This document shows, piece after piece, positions 14,150 to 26,346 of a stretch of 64,000 nucleotides of DNA. The stretch comes from Takakia lepidozioides (taxonomy: Eukaryota; Plantae; Bryophyta). Within the stretch, counting starts at the first letter, position 1. Each line of letters starts with the position of its first letter. The translations under genes and the position numbers were made by a program. The notes under the pieces are model-generated. The model saw only the letters and a list, made by a program, of their open reading frames with translations, was not told the DNA's origin and ran no database searches. The stretch is from positions 36,952,001 to 37,016,000 of the forward strand of contig CM060734.1 of the NCBI GenBank assembly GCA_030704615.1, read 5' to 3'.

Positions 14150-15600
14150 GACCTTGCAACGTCTTGCTGGCTTTGATTGGCTTGCTCAATCTATTTCATT
14201 GTGTAGGCCAAAATTCGCCATTGTAACGTTAGTTAAAGGCTTGAAATGTGTACATTCACAAAATAGATGATTCGTGATCTCTGTATTTGGATACTGTGTG
14301 GTTGGGGTGTTTGTTCTTCATATTAGGAGCCTGCAGTGTTTGCAGGTTTACAGCGGGCCAACTCGCCACTTGTGGCTTTCCAACTCAGCAAAGTTCAGAG
14401 TTGTAATGAAAGCTCTAGTTCTCAGCCAGTCTCCCATTGAAATTTGTTTTGCAACATTTCACTGATATAGAAGAAAAGTGAGCTCATGGCCAGGAGTTAC
14501 TCATAGGGAAGTAGAAGCATAAATAAAACAGTGCTTGAAGAGGCAAAGACAGTCTAACATGATGAAGTATGAAGGAGCCTGAGCGGTGCATCCCTAGTCT
14601 TACAGACAGATCGGCAGAAATTCTGGAAATGGACACTTTTGCTTTCTGTTTTCCAATAAGGAAGGGGGGTACATGCAAGCAAAGGGGTCGAATGCGATCG
14701 CAAATATGGAGTTAGGATGTCGTGGGGGATGGAAGAGTTATGAGAGGTAGAGGGAGAGAGCCAGTTGTTCTTTATTAGATTCTTAATAAATGACACTCTC
14801 TGGCAGGTGACGTTTTCTTCGGAGAGAGAACTGCAGCATTTATCCTGGAAGCTTGCGGATGGGCAGATGCTCTATTGCCCAGGCAGCTCCTCCAGCTGTT
14901 TTCTATGGTATGGAAGGGATGGGGGAGTTTGATGTGAACTTTTCTTTGTGCGGCGGCCTTAGAAACCATGTCAACACAAAACGAAGGGGGTTAATTGTAC
15001 TGAGCGTTCAATTCCCCTCTCGGCTGCGAGTTCACAAAACACTTTCTGACATATGTAGACTTCAAAACAGAGCCGGAAGTGACTGAATGATGGTGGTTCC
15101 GCAACAGAGCCCACAGATTCAGCCCACTGCTACATATGTCTTGAGATGCAAACTTGAACGGTCTCCATTCGAAAAGCTCCGAAGAAAATAACAAAACCTT
15201 AGGATATCACAGTTCGTGCCCAGGATTCAAAACATGACAGGAAGACTATGATACATCAACAGACTTGCAGTAGAAGAGTGCAATTGAACACCATCTTTTG
15301 GGTGCTGTGGGGAATCGATCCAATCTAGGAGGTTGAATCCGCAAGCTTTCCTCATCTATGATCGCGCACTGAGCATCACATGTTTGCGATCTCACATGTT
15401 GCGATCGGACTGGAACTATGCCACCTTCAAACGTCCACAGTGAAACAGTTTGGAGGGCGGCTGTTGCAGCTGAGCTACGTTAAATCATACTCGTTGCAAC
15501 TCTGCCATTCATGGCAAACTTATTAGTCTGTCTTGTTGAACTGTTAACATCCCTCCGAGCATCAATCTTTGTGGTTTGGGACAGTTCGACACAGCTGATA

Positions 15601-18600
15601 CTATGAACATTGGCCAGGGACAAATCCAACTTGGTTATTCTCGTTGTCATAGACCACCCGGAAGTTCTGTTGTTGAATGTTCCCGATAATGGACAGCCCT
15701 GTAGTCCCAGCAAATGCAAAGCAGTAGGTGTTGGCATTATCGACTGGAATGAGGTAGTTGCTTGCTGGAAGGGCCATGTCCGCACCACCGTGGAAATGCA
15801 AGGTCACAGTGGGGACAATCACAGACGCTTTGCCGGACAGGTTAAAGCAGGTGTCAAAGAGAGAGAAGCCAGCAGTCAAAGGTAGCTTTGCCCCTGCACG
15901 GAAGGCGTCTCTCATGGCTGTGTAGGCAGGGGCTACCAACCGGGTTACTGAAGTGCCAGAGTCGATAATCACACCGCCCATTCCTGTGGAGTGAAGTTGG
16001 AATACTTCTGATGAGATAGCCAGGGCAGTGCCCCCGACGCTGATCCCACTCAGACTTAGGTAGTAGAATGTGTCAACAGCTGGGTTGTGGACCTGGGGGG
16101 TGAACTTCACACCTGCTGGAACCGCTGCCTCTCCGAACACCAGAGATGATGAGTCAGTAGTGTCAGTTTCACGATCTACAAAACAGTAGGAGAACTTTCT
16201 CCCCAGGGAGTGACCCACTTGGCTGGGGAAAGAGAGTGGGCCTTTTCCAAGGCCCAACAGGCCGGCAGCTCCCACAAAGTAGCCTTCATTATCATGCCCG
16301 CATCCTATTGGAATTGCTGCAACAGTGGTCGGACCCCCGTTGCTAAGGGAGGATAGAGTCACAGTCTCAGTTGAGAACTCCCCTGTGGTGAAAGATCCAT
16401 CACCATAATTCACCTGGTCCAGACAAGATGATGTCTTAGAAAGTAGACTTCATATCCAGAATGGCAATTGTCAGGGAATGCAATCGTGAGAGAATATATT
16501 CAAATTACCTCCCTCGCCATCTGCGCGATTATAATGAACACATCACAGCAGCCGACTGGCCATTTCAACAAGTGGTATTCCAGACAGGGCACACCAACTT
16601 GGTCTAGGCGGCTTATGGACGCTAACCTGCTTTACCAGGGACTGTTGTGAACCAGATACTGTAGGTGTTTGCATTGTCGAGCTATTTCATTGTAAACCCC
16701 TTGCCACACCCCACACACGAATTCCAAAAGCATGCCCCATCTGTTTGACCATCCTGTCTCATCACTGGTTGAACAAAAGAAGAACTGCTTTCAAACAGAT
16801 ATTCAAGATGAAAATCTACCTCGTATAGGCAGCTCCTGTGGCAGCTGCGGACTTCCAACGACTGGCACAGATTGCTCCGACATCCAAGAGGCTTGTATGA
16901 AGAAGAGTGTGAAGGATTGAATATAGGATCATCTTGCTGGTAACACCTTTTGCATGGAGCACACTGTAGCCACAGAAGGTCACTGCCTGTATCAATCACA
17001 AGATACATGGTCTTCGCTGGTGTGCCAATTGAAAGGCGGACAAAATACTCACCACTGCCCAGGCTTAGACCTGAGACAACTGGGTCTTGAAAATTCGTTG
17101 ACTTGTTCTGAGAGGGTACTGTTGGATTATTGTTAGTGCTTTTCATCCTATTCACCTTTCGGTCAACATGAGCTTGGATGCCAGAAATTCGAGCCTCGTC
17201 TCTATTCATGGTCTCATGAATCAGCTGCTGCCGTGTAGCACCCAATGGACGAAAGGGAGAGGAGGGGGCGTAACTGCATGATCCACACACAGAAAATTAG
17301 TTCAATGGCTTCTTACGAGAGACTTACAAAATTTACTTGAGCCTATCCCGATACAGGGTGATGGCTGCTGCTGTGTTGGGCTCTCTAAGTTTTTGCTACA
17401 ACCAAGCAGATTATTTCCTTCCGAAAACATTACTAAACAAAATTTTGTGACACAAAATATATTATGCAGCAACAGTAGAGTGGCACACCCAACCCCAAAA
17501 ACAAATCTGTCACTGGCTTTGTGGAGGATCCCACTGCAGCCATGAACATTGCATCGACAGGATAGTCTCCTCCTTAAGTAGATTAGTGAGCCAAAGATCG
17601 TGGAGAAAACAACTGGGGACTTCCCCACGAGGAGAAACAAAGGTAAACTGTGCTGCTTATGTGATTTGGAACTGTCATCAGAGGACTTAGATTCACTCCT
17701 CTCTATACAGAGATCAATATCAGCTCTGTGGAAGTAGTGATCAATGTTAGGCGCTAGAATCCAGTGTAAATTCCTTTGGAACAAACTCATTTGGAAAATG
17801 TTCATCAGCAGGTGTCATGTGCCAGCTGATATCTAGAAACCTCCAAGGTAGTCTCCAACTTCAAATTTTGGGTGGCAGTTGTGCTACCGCTCACGATTTT
17901 AATCACTGTCGTGGTACCTGGTACCAACAGACCAATTTTTTTCTCGTTTTCTGATGGTGCAGCTCCTAAAACAAAATCAGAATGGATCAAACTTCCTTCA
18001 CTCTTGGTGTTTCCCCTAGTTCCACCAGCTCACTCTCTCTCTCTCTCTCTGAAAGCACCATTTCATTTCATTTCATTTCTCTTTGAAGAATGTCTGCACT
18101 GAAGCTTCTCCGCTCGCTGTACGCAGTCGCCAACTGCAGTCTCTGAACTTCCTGGACCCGGACCTTTCCCCACCTAGTCCCTTTCCCTCTCTCCCCTATC
18201 CTTTCTCTACATCAAGGACCCCTCCAACGTGGCGGTCTCTCAATCACACGCACACTTCACCCACAAGAACACACGAACTAATGCTCTGAGATACCGCATC
18301 CTACAGCCTGTCACCCACATTAATCTATCACATTCGGCTCTCTCCACTTTTCGGTAACCTCCACGGTTACACTCTGGGCCCCAACCACTTCTCCTCGCAC
18401 TATACACATGAATCAACAAAAAGCGAAATCTTATGTTGTAGGAATACCGGTGCATGACACTGGCTTGCACGCCCCGCCCAAACTGCTCCGAGAAAAAAAG
18501 GGTATCATCAGCGAACTTTGCTTCTTCTGACTCTGGAGTCCATCTGAAATTCTGGCCCTTAGACTGTGTCTCCTCAACATCCGTCTCCCTGAACAAGAAG

Positions 18601-18710
18601 GAATCGGGTAGCGATTCCCCGAGTCTAGCAGACACTCCAGAAAGCAATCCTAACAGCAGTCTCAGGAACAAAGCAGCTGGCACCCTCGCTTTTCTCCCGA
18701 AGCCCGCCAT
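15601..18710 (-). CDS. A1-family atypical aspartic protease (nepenthesin/ASPG1-like); exons 18710-18448, 17273-16820, 16413-15601
   Basis: Signal peptide; PVVSGLSLGSGEYFVRL.IGTP; catalytic DTGS and DSGT motifs; GCGHDNEG.F.GAAGLLGLG.G.LSFP; IIGNIQQQNFRVVYD; phase-consistent GT-AG introns. Confidence 0.92.
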
Positions 18711-20659
18711 CCTCGAAACGACGCTAAATTTCTGGGAATGAAAATTGAGCTCGTGAATATGGCTTCTTCTTCCGTTCCCCAAGAGACTTCAACGTGCTTC
18801 ACAAAGCAGGAAGGCCCAAGAATCTTGGTCGCAGGCATAGCCCGCCTCGATCGCACCCCACCCCCACCTTCTCTAAAGATGGGACCTTGCAAAGAGGAGA
18901 GAAAAAAGGAGACAGACAGCACGCCGCTGGGCGAGCAATCAATACGCTCCTGTACATATATGAGAACCGTATGTCCATCTCTACCTACCCAATATACGTA
19001 TAGATTAACGGTATTGCCTACATAGGTACCTCTGTAGGTACCAGACGACTCCGTATGCATTTATATTATATGTACCTACAATACGAATCGGTGTACTGTA
19101 TAGAATGATGGAAATACGATGGCATTTAAGGGCAGGACGTGCCCCCTCTTCAATGCACCGCTCGTCTGTTAACTAACGGAAATAGGACTAATCGGCGTAG
19201 TTAACGGGAATACATGCGAGCATCCCATTTGGCTTTACTTAATGCAAGTCTATTTCATCTCACTTTCTTTCACATCGCCTTCAAAACAGTAGCGGTATTT
19301 TTATTTTATTTTAAACAGTAACTATGTCCCCTGTTTCTTTTCTTTTTTTTATACCGAACAGGGGACAGAGCCTGGCCCTGCCAAGGTCGGATTTTATTTA
19401 TGAGCTATTGAAGGGAAAACAAATAAACAAAATTAAATTATTTTTATTATTTTTATTTAAAAAAAAACTTGATATTAGCCAGCAAACTGTGTTTTGTCTG
19501 ATGTTTTTTATACATAGGTAGCTAGTGCACTCTAGTATTGTGGCAGAAATTTGGTGGACTCATCGGTGTTGGTGGGCGCTACCGTTGCTGATGATCGGAT
19601 TTTCAATTCTATCGACCTAGGGTTGTCTCCAACCGATGTTTTTTCTTCTCTGTATGGGCTACTAGTACCCCATGTTGAGAAAAAATAAAACTAAGGGAAG
19701 GAAGAAGTGGCATGTAGCATTCATTTGAGTATTGAGTAATTTGAAATTGGCATATAAGGGACAATGTGCATGGACCCAAATGCTAAACCTACTAAGGACC
19801 TGCTTGAATGAACAGATGGTGGATTTTGGATGATTGGATGAGGACAGTTCATACTTCATACCTAGTTATGAGATAGAAAGGCACCCTGCTGCAATGGGGG
19901 ATAGTACCCAGCAAGGGAAGAAATGACAACTACATGAAGTTTGGACCAGTGTTGGGCGGTTCTTGCCTTTGTGAAGGAACCTTCAGTTCCGGTTCCACAA
20001 ATTTTTGAAGAGACGGTTCCGGATCCGGATCCGGTTATTTTTTATTAAGGCGGTTCCGGTCCGGTTCAGGTTCTGACTTTTTAACATGGGGGCGGTCCCG
20101 GTTACCGGTTAGTTGCTGGAAAAAAAACACCGGTTCCGGTTAGGTTCCGGTTCTTTTTTTTTAATATATTAAATTATTTTAATTTTTTATTCTTCTGGAA
20201 AATTAGATGAACTGATCTGATTGGTCATACTGAATATTCAGAATTTTCAAAACAGAAGTAAATAAACTTATATGTTTTTTGTGATTGTCTTATATGGTAT
20301 ATATAACAAGTTAAATACGCATGGTCTCCATTAAAAACGGAAAACCAGAGATTTTATAAGTTTTCGTACGGTGTAGCAAAGAACAACTAAAACAAACTAA
20401 CTACATAAGGATCTTAATTCAAAATACAAAACAAATTAAACATGTGTAATTCTATGGTTACCTTTTATGGTGCAGCAAAAGCACAACTAAAAAATCTACA
20501 TAAATTTGTGTTTTTGGGATGATGCTTTGTCGATATAGCATACAACAAACTAAGTACACGAGATGTCACTGAAATTTTCAATAAAAATGACAAATGAACA
20601 AACTCCAATCAAAGGAGTATAGTGTAATATGTTGAACAATAATTTGTCTCTAAGACAAA

Positions 20660-22315
20660 TCATTCTACCTCAAAGGGGTTTGTCTCTGCAATCAAGTCAT
20701 CATTCTCATCTAAGAGGACTTCTTCCCTATCCAAAAACTCTTTCATGGAAGTACTAAAGCAACTAACTCTAGCATCATTTGGCCAATTCTTGACTATACT
20801 CACAAGCATATCAAGGTTTTCAATATTTAACCTGCACCGTCTCAAGCTTGTTATAACACCTGCAATACTAAAAACCCTCTCAGCTTCAATCTGAGATCCA
20901 ACTATGCCCAAGATTAGCCATTCCAAAAATCCCACATACGGAAAGAGAGACTCGTGTTTTTTCCACCATTTCAAAAGAGCCACGCACTCACCCTCAATTA
21001 TCTTCGTCCTTCTGAAATGTGATAGTTGTTCTCTCACTAGAGTAACAAGTGATTATGGCTTGCCTAAACTCCAAAGTCTCTTGGAAGATGATCACCTTGG
21101 AAACAAACCGTGTCTTCACCGGAGTCTTCAATTTGCGGGGATGAATGCCGCTGTCCACACATGCCTTTACCCATTCTTGTCTCCATTTGCCACTTTTTTT
21201 TGTCCAAGTAATGGTTTTTTGCAACTCTGATTGGGCATTTTTTATAGAAACCGATCTCATATCTGCGCATACTGGCAACACTTGGACATTGCATGTCTAA
21301 AACAACTACCCACAAATGGAGAATCCAACCCCAAACACGCACATGAGACCACCGAATTCAAAGCATTGGTCAAAGTGACAAAGTTACCTCTCTCATCTTT
21401 GACGTAAGCAATAATGCGAGTATTGAGGCCATACTTCACAAGAAGATTGTTGACTTGATGTGCCATGGCAGCCCCAGATGTGTCAGGTGTCTCAAACATG
21501 TCAAGAGTCACATGACATTGCTCCCACTGTTCATTAATAAAGTGCGCTATGATGACAAAAGTGTCAGTTCCCCTTCTTGACATCCACAAATCAAAACTCA
21601 CAGAGCAAGTAGCACAATTCTGAAGAGATGGGGACATGTAGCGCTCTTTCGTCTTCTCTGCCAAGATTGGAATGGCCTCATTCACAAATGTCCGTCGAGA
21701 AGGGAAAACAATCCGAGGATTTTGCCTCAACATCATCCTTCTTAGCCAAGGGGATTCTACCAAAGACAGTGGAACCAACTCATTTGCAATGAACCAGACT
21801 AAATCATCATTGAACTGCTTCTGTTGATCATCATTTTGGTTGTATGGAGTGGAGCTCCCAAAAAAAAAAAACTTTGTTTCCAGGAGTGGGGCCAGGCCTC
21901 TTTTTTGCTGGCCTACAGGCCTTCTCAGGTCCTTCATTTTCCCTCTCAATCCACCTACGCAAAACAATGTCATGTTCTTGATCCACATGCTTTCGAAGGG
22001 CAGAGATAACATGATGACATAGAACACACCTCATTTGTTGTGGATTTGTTATGTCCACTGGAGCAGAGTCTTTTGTTGCATAGAATGCCCATGTCGAAGC
22101 AGTGCGATTGTGGGGCTTCCAAAAATCCCATTGTTTTTCAAGTACTGGGAGTTGCGCCTCCACATCCAACATCGTATGTGATGGCGAAACTGTGGAAGAT
22201 GACATTGCAGCCGAGGCTTGAAGAGCTGATGTAAATGAGGCTGCATGATAAGCATCCTCCGCAACATGGCACTCCACCAAAGCTCTCTCATTATCAACAT
22301 TGATGTCAGGAACAA
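20660..22315 (-). pseudogene. hAT transposase, frameshifted
   Basis: BED-like W.FY...C.LC, SVSFDLWMS, YVKD, PVKTRF, hAT dimerization motif LKWWKKHE..FP...ILGI.GSQIEAERVFSIAG; spread over four ORFs. Confidence 0.88.
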
Positions 22316-22779
22316 CTTCCGTTTCTAGTTCATCGAAAATATTGGGCTACATGACATAAAAAGCTTGTGGAACAACTCCTGTGTAAAAACAATGCAAACA
22401 AAGAATCCAAGAGGCATTTAATAATTGTGCACAACTCGTATATTTACAAAAGTTTGGAATGGTATATGGCTGGCCAAAACGAAAGTGTGGGGAGAGACAC
22501 CGCACTACTCAATTTATTATTTCATATTGAGTTGAATGTTACATACATGGCCTACATTTAGATCTACGTTATTTTTTTTATCTAATACATGTACATTTAC
22601 ATTTTCAAATTACAAAAACTACCTAGCAAGTTGGGGGTGGACCAGTCTTATGCTTCAGTGGTCAGCTTGGCTACTTCATGCCTTGGGAAATGATCTGCAA
22701 TGCCCCCATCACATATAAATAAATCAATCCTTGTTGTACCACAATATGAAGAGTTATAACTAAAAATTATGAAGCTTTA

Positions 22780-23969
22780 AAGTGGGGTTGTCCACAAGAG
22801 GTAGGGCTGGCTGTCAAGCCTTCTTGATATTTGTGCTCCCATTTCCGAGTTCAAACTTTCACTATGAGAGGAGGAGCAAATCATCCCTCTGTTGTACCAC
22901 ACATTGGAAAAAATAAAATAAAAAACTAAGCTATTAAATGGTGGGGGCTTACCATAGGATGAGGGGGCTGGTTAGCGGGCTCTAAACTCGCACTCCTCCT
23001 TCTTGTGTGTGATCTACATAGCAACAGAGTAGGGGGCTGATCAGCCCCTTGCTATGCCAATTTTTTGGGAAAAAAAAATATGCAACATTGAATTAGGGGC
23101 ATGCTTATATGTGTGGTGGAAGGGGGGCTGGTTGGCAGGCCTCCCTACTTGCCCTCTTTCCCTTCCATGCACGATCTACAATAGCAAAAGAGCAAGGGGC
23201 TAATCAAGAAAATAAAGAACAATGAAGGGGAAGTACACGCGGGTAATGGGGGCTGGTTGGCGGGTCAAGAGGCCTCCTATTTCTGCTCCCTTCCTGAATG
23301 CAACATATCACTATGAGGAAGGGCGAATCAGCCTTTTGTTGTACCACACATTGGAAAGAATAACATTAAAAAACTAAGTTAAAGGGTGGGGGCTTACTAC
23401 AAGATGAGAGGGGCTGGTTGACGTGCTTTTTTACTTGCACTGGACCTCCTTGTGTGTGATCTGCATTAGCAACGGCTAATCAGCCCTTGTTATACCAATT
23501 TTATGGGGGGGGGGGAAATGAAGGGGGATGCTTACATGTGCGGTGCAAGAGGGGCTAGTTGGCGAGCCTTCCTACTTGCCCTCTTTTCCCTCCCATGCAC
23601 GATCAGCCATAGCACAAGAGCAATGGGTTAATCAGCCCCTCTTTTAACAAAAATTTAAACAACTAAAAAAATAAAGCTCAATGAAAGGGAGTTACAAGCG
23701 GGTATTGGGGGCTGGTTGGCAGGTCCCTCCCTACTTTGGGCTCCCTCCCTCTCATGCAGAATCTGCCATAACAGAAGCCAAAGGGGCTATCTTATCAACC
23801 CCCAATTGTATCAAGAATTAAAAAAAATTAAAGAAATGGAAGATACTTACCGGTGGGTAATGTGGGCTGGTTGGCGGGGCCCTCCTTGCTTGTGCTCCCT
23901 CCAATGTAAAATCTACCATAGTGGAGCAAGGGGCTATCAGCCCCTCGGTATATCATCAAAGAAAACAAG

Positions 23970-24049
<80 letters not shown>

Positions 24050-24490
24050 TATTTTTTAAATGATGATCAATGATTACCATGGACCAAGGGGGCTGGTTGC
24101 AGGTGGGGCCCTCCTTACTCGTCCTCCCTGCACCACATGCCATAGCAGAAAAGGAGGAGGCTGATTAGCTTCATGGTGAACTAAAGCTAAAAACAGTAAA
24201 ATAACCAAAAGTGGTGGATGCTTACCAACAAGAGGCTGGTTGACGAGGGGGCTGGTTGCACGGGCCCTCCTGCTGGCACTTCCTCCCTCCAATGCGCCAC
24301 TTACCACAATACAAGAGCATGGGGCCCATTAGCTCTGCTGAACCAAAAAATTAAAAAAAAACAAGAACATGGTGGATGCTCACCAACAACAAGCGACGGC
24401 TGGTTGGCGGGGCCCTCCTGCTCACACTCCCTCCCTTTATGTCCACCACCTGCCACAGCAGCAGAAGAGAGATCAGCCCCCTCTTATGCG
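22780..24490. repeat. Degenerate tandem array (about 120-bp period) inside the hAT element, upstream of the transposase
   Basis: Recurring GGGGCTGGTTGGCGGGCC...CTCCC...GGGGCTAATCAGCCCC units, more than 10 copies. Confidence 0.8.
23972..24042. repeat. (AT)n microsatellite
   Basis: About 35 uninterrupted AT units. Confidence 0.97.
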
Positions 24491-26128
24491 ATAAACTGAG
24501 AAGAAAAGAAACAAACAACACATTAAATCAATCAACCTAAGAGGGAAAGAGAAGGGAGATGGAGATGAAATGAGAGCGAGAGAGAAATCAAACAAATAAA
24601 GTAGGAGATGGAGACACGGAACACGAACCTTACCTGGACTGGAGTAGCGAGCAAGATGTATGCGAGAGAGAGCGAGCTGGATGAGTTGTAGAGACACTTA
24701 GGGCTACAGCCCACGGGTGGAACCGGAACCGGAACCGCTTTAGAGTCCCCAAACCCCGATTCCCACACATGTGGTCGTAGCTGGAATCGCCGGTTCCGGT
24801 TCCCACACAATCCCCAATTTCCGGTTCCGGTTCTGCACAGGCGGGTCCGGTTCCACATAACCAAAACCGGAACCGGCGGTTACCCGGGGCCTAGGCGAGT
24901 AACCGCCCAACACTGGTTTGGACGTCCAAAGATAGATTCTACTTCTGGCAAAAATTGCCACACAATTTGCAACCTCTCTTGCATGTTTGGGGTAGGAGGT
25001 AAGAATGTGAAGGTCAGTTTATTTGATATTTTTCTTTAAATCATATGTGTATCAAAAGCCAATATTCTCCCAAAAAACCCAATTTGTTATTTCTCATAAA
25101 TTTATAATGACAAAAAATACTTGAACTTCAATATCTCCCACACCCAATATCTCCCACACCCTAGGCCCAATACTTTTGAAACCACCTTGATGTACCCCTC
25201 TTCATCGAGGGCTTTCCAACAGTATTAAGAACAGGACGGAGGCCTTGCGGTTTGGGATATCTCAATGTGACATCCAAAAACAAAAAAACAAAAAAACAAA
25301 CTACATTGCTTAATGTATCGATTAGAATTATTATATTACATGGGACAATCAATAGGGTTGTTTCCAACGACGCGGCTATTTATATCACATCACTGTTTTT
25401 TCCAGAATAGTGGTACCATACTCCTACATGACAATGCTATCAATAAAAAGGGACTAAAATATAGAGGCTCATTTACATATACTTTCAAACCTTTAAATCT
25501 CATTATAAAAAACCAAAATCTGGACTTTTAAAAAATCCATAAGGAATTGTCACAGTCCATAAAAAAAGACGTTATGGACCTTTTTAATATAGGAGTTGGA
25601 ACAAAGTCAAGAAAAAAGGGCTATCTCAAACTTGCTTTGAAGAATGGGGAATCTGGAATGAAAACTATCATTCAAAAATATGAAGTTTAAATAAAATTAT
25701 GTATTATTTTGAGCCTCAAAAATAGCTATTTTCATAAAGTCCTTTATAAATAATGTTTTTGAATTAACAATTTTTTTTTCATTAGACACATTCATTCATC
25801 ATAAATGCACAGTTGAGTATAATCAAATTTCATAAAAATATTTGTGAATTGCAATTTGAAAATCTTGGTTTTAACAGTCAATAATAGACGGTTAAGATTG
25901 TTAGTTGAAGCAAATCCGATGGTTCAGGATTCGTCACATCCTCCTTTATGTACTCTTTAAGTACTCGTGATCTGCCACTTTTGGCCCACTCTAACTTGCC
26001 TTGTGCTTCGTGTCCATGGTCTTTGTCTTGGCTTCTTATTGATCATGGCTAGATCATGGGTCAGGTATTGTCGTTGAGGCCCCTGGTTGGAGCACCGCTT
26101 TGGGAGCAGCAGCTTCATCAGAGCTTCC

Positions 26129-26346
26129 CAAATTGCGGTTGTCAATGCCCGCATTTTTTGAAGGTTATCCCACCATTTTTTTCTTTCTTTCCGGAGCCGC
26201 CCTAAATTGCGGTCATCAACGCGGGCCGCATTTTTTTAGGGCTATATTTCCCTAAATAACAATAATTAAAAAAATTGGAGACATCCTAAATTGCGGTTGT
26301 TGACACCATGTGCATTTGAGAGTTACCTCCAACTTTATATGTAGTG
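26129..26346. mobile_element. Probable orphan right end of a CACTA-type element
   Basis: Three AAATTGCGGT(T/C) subterminal repeats followed by TGTAGTG; no matching left end found. Confidence 0.4.

Larger units (their letters stand above)
19947..24915 (-). mobile_element. hAT-superfamily DNA transposon, full length with degenerate transposase
   Basis: Perfect 15-bp TIR CAGTGTTGGGCGGTT (19947-19961) / AACCGCCCAACACTG (24901-24915); 8-bp TSD GTTTGGAC at 19939-19946 and 24916-24923; clusters of CCGGTT/GGTTCC subterminal repeats at both ends. Confidence 0.95.
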
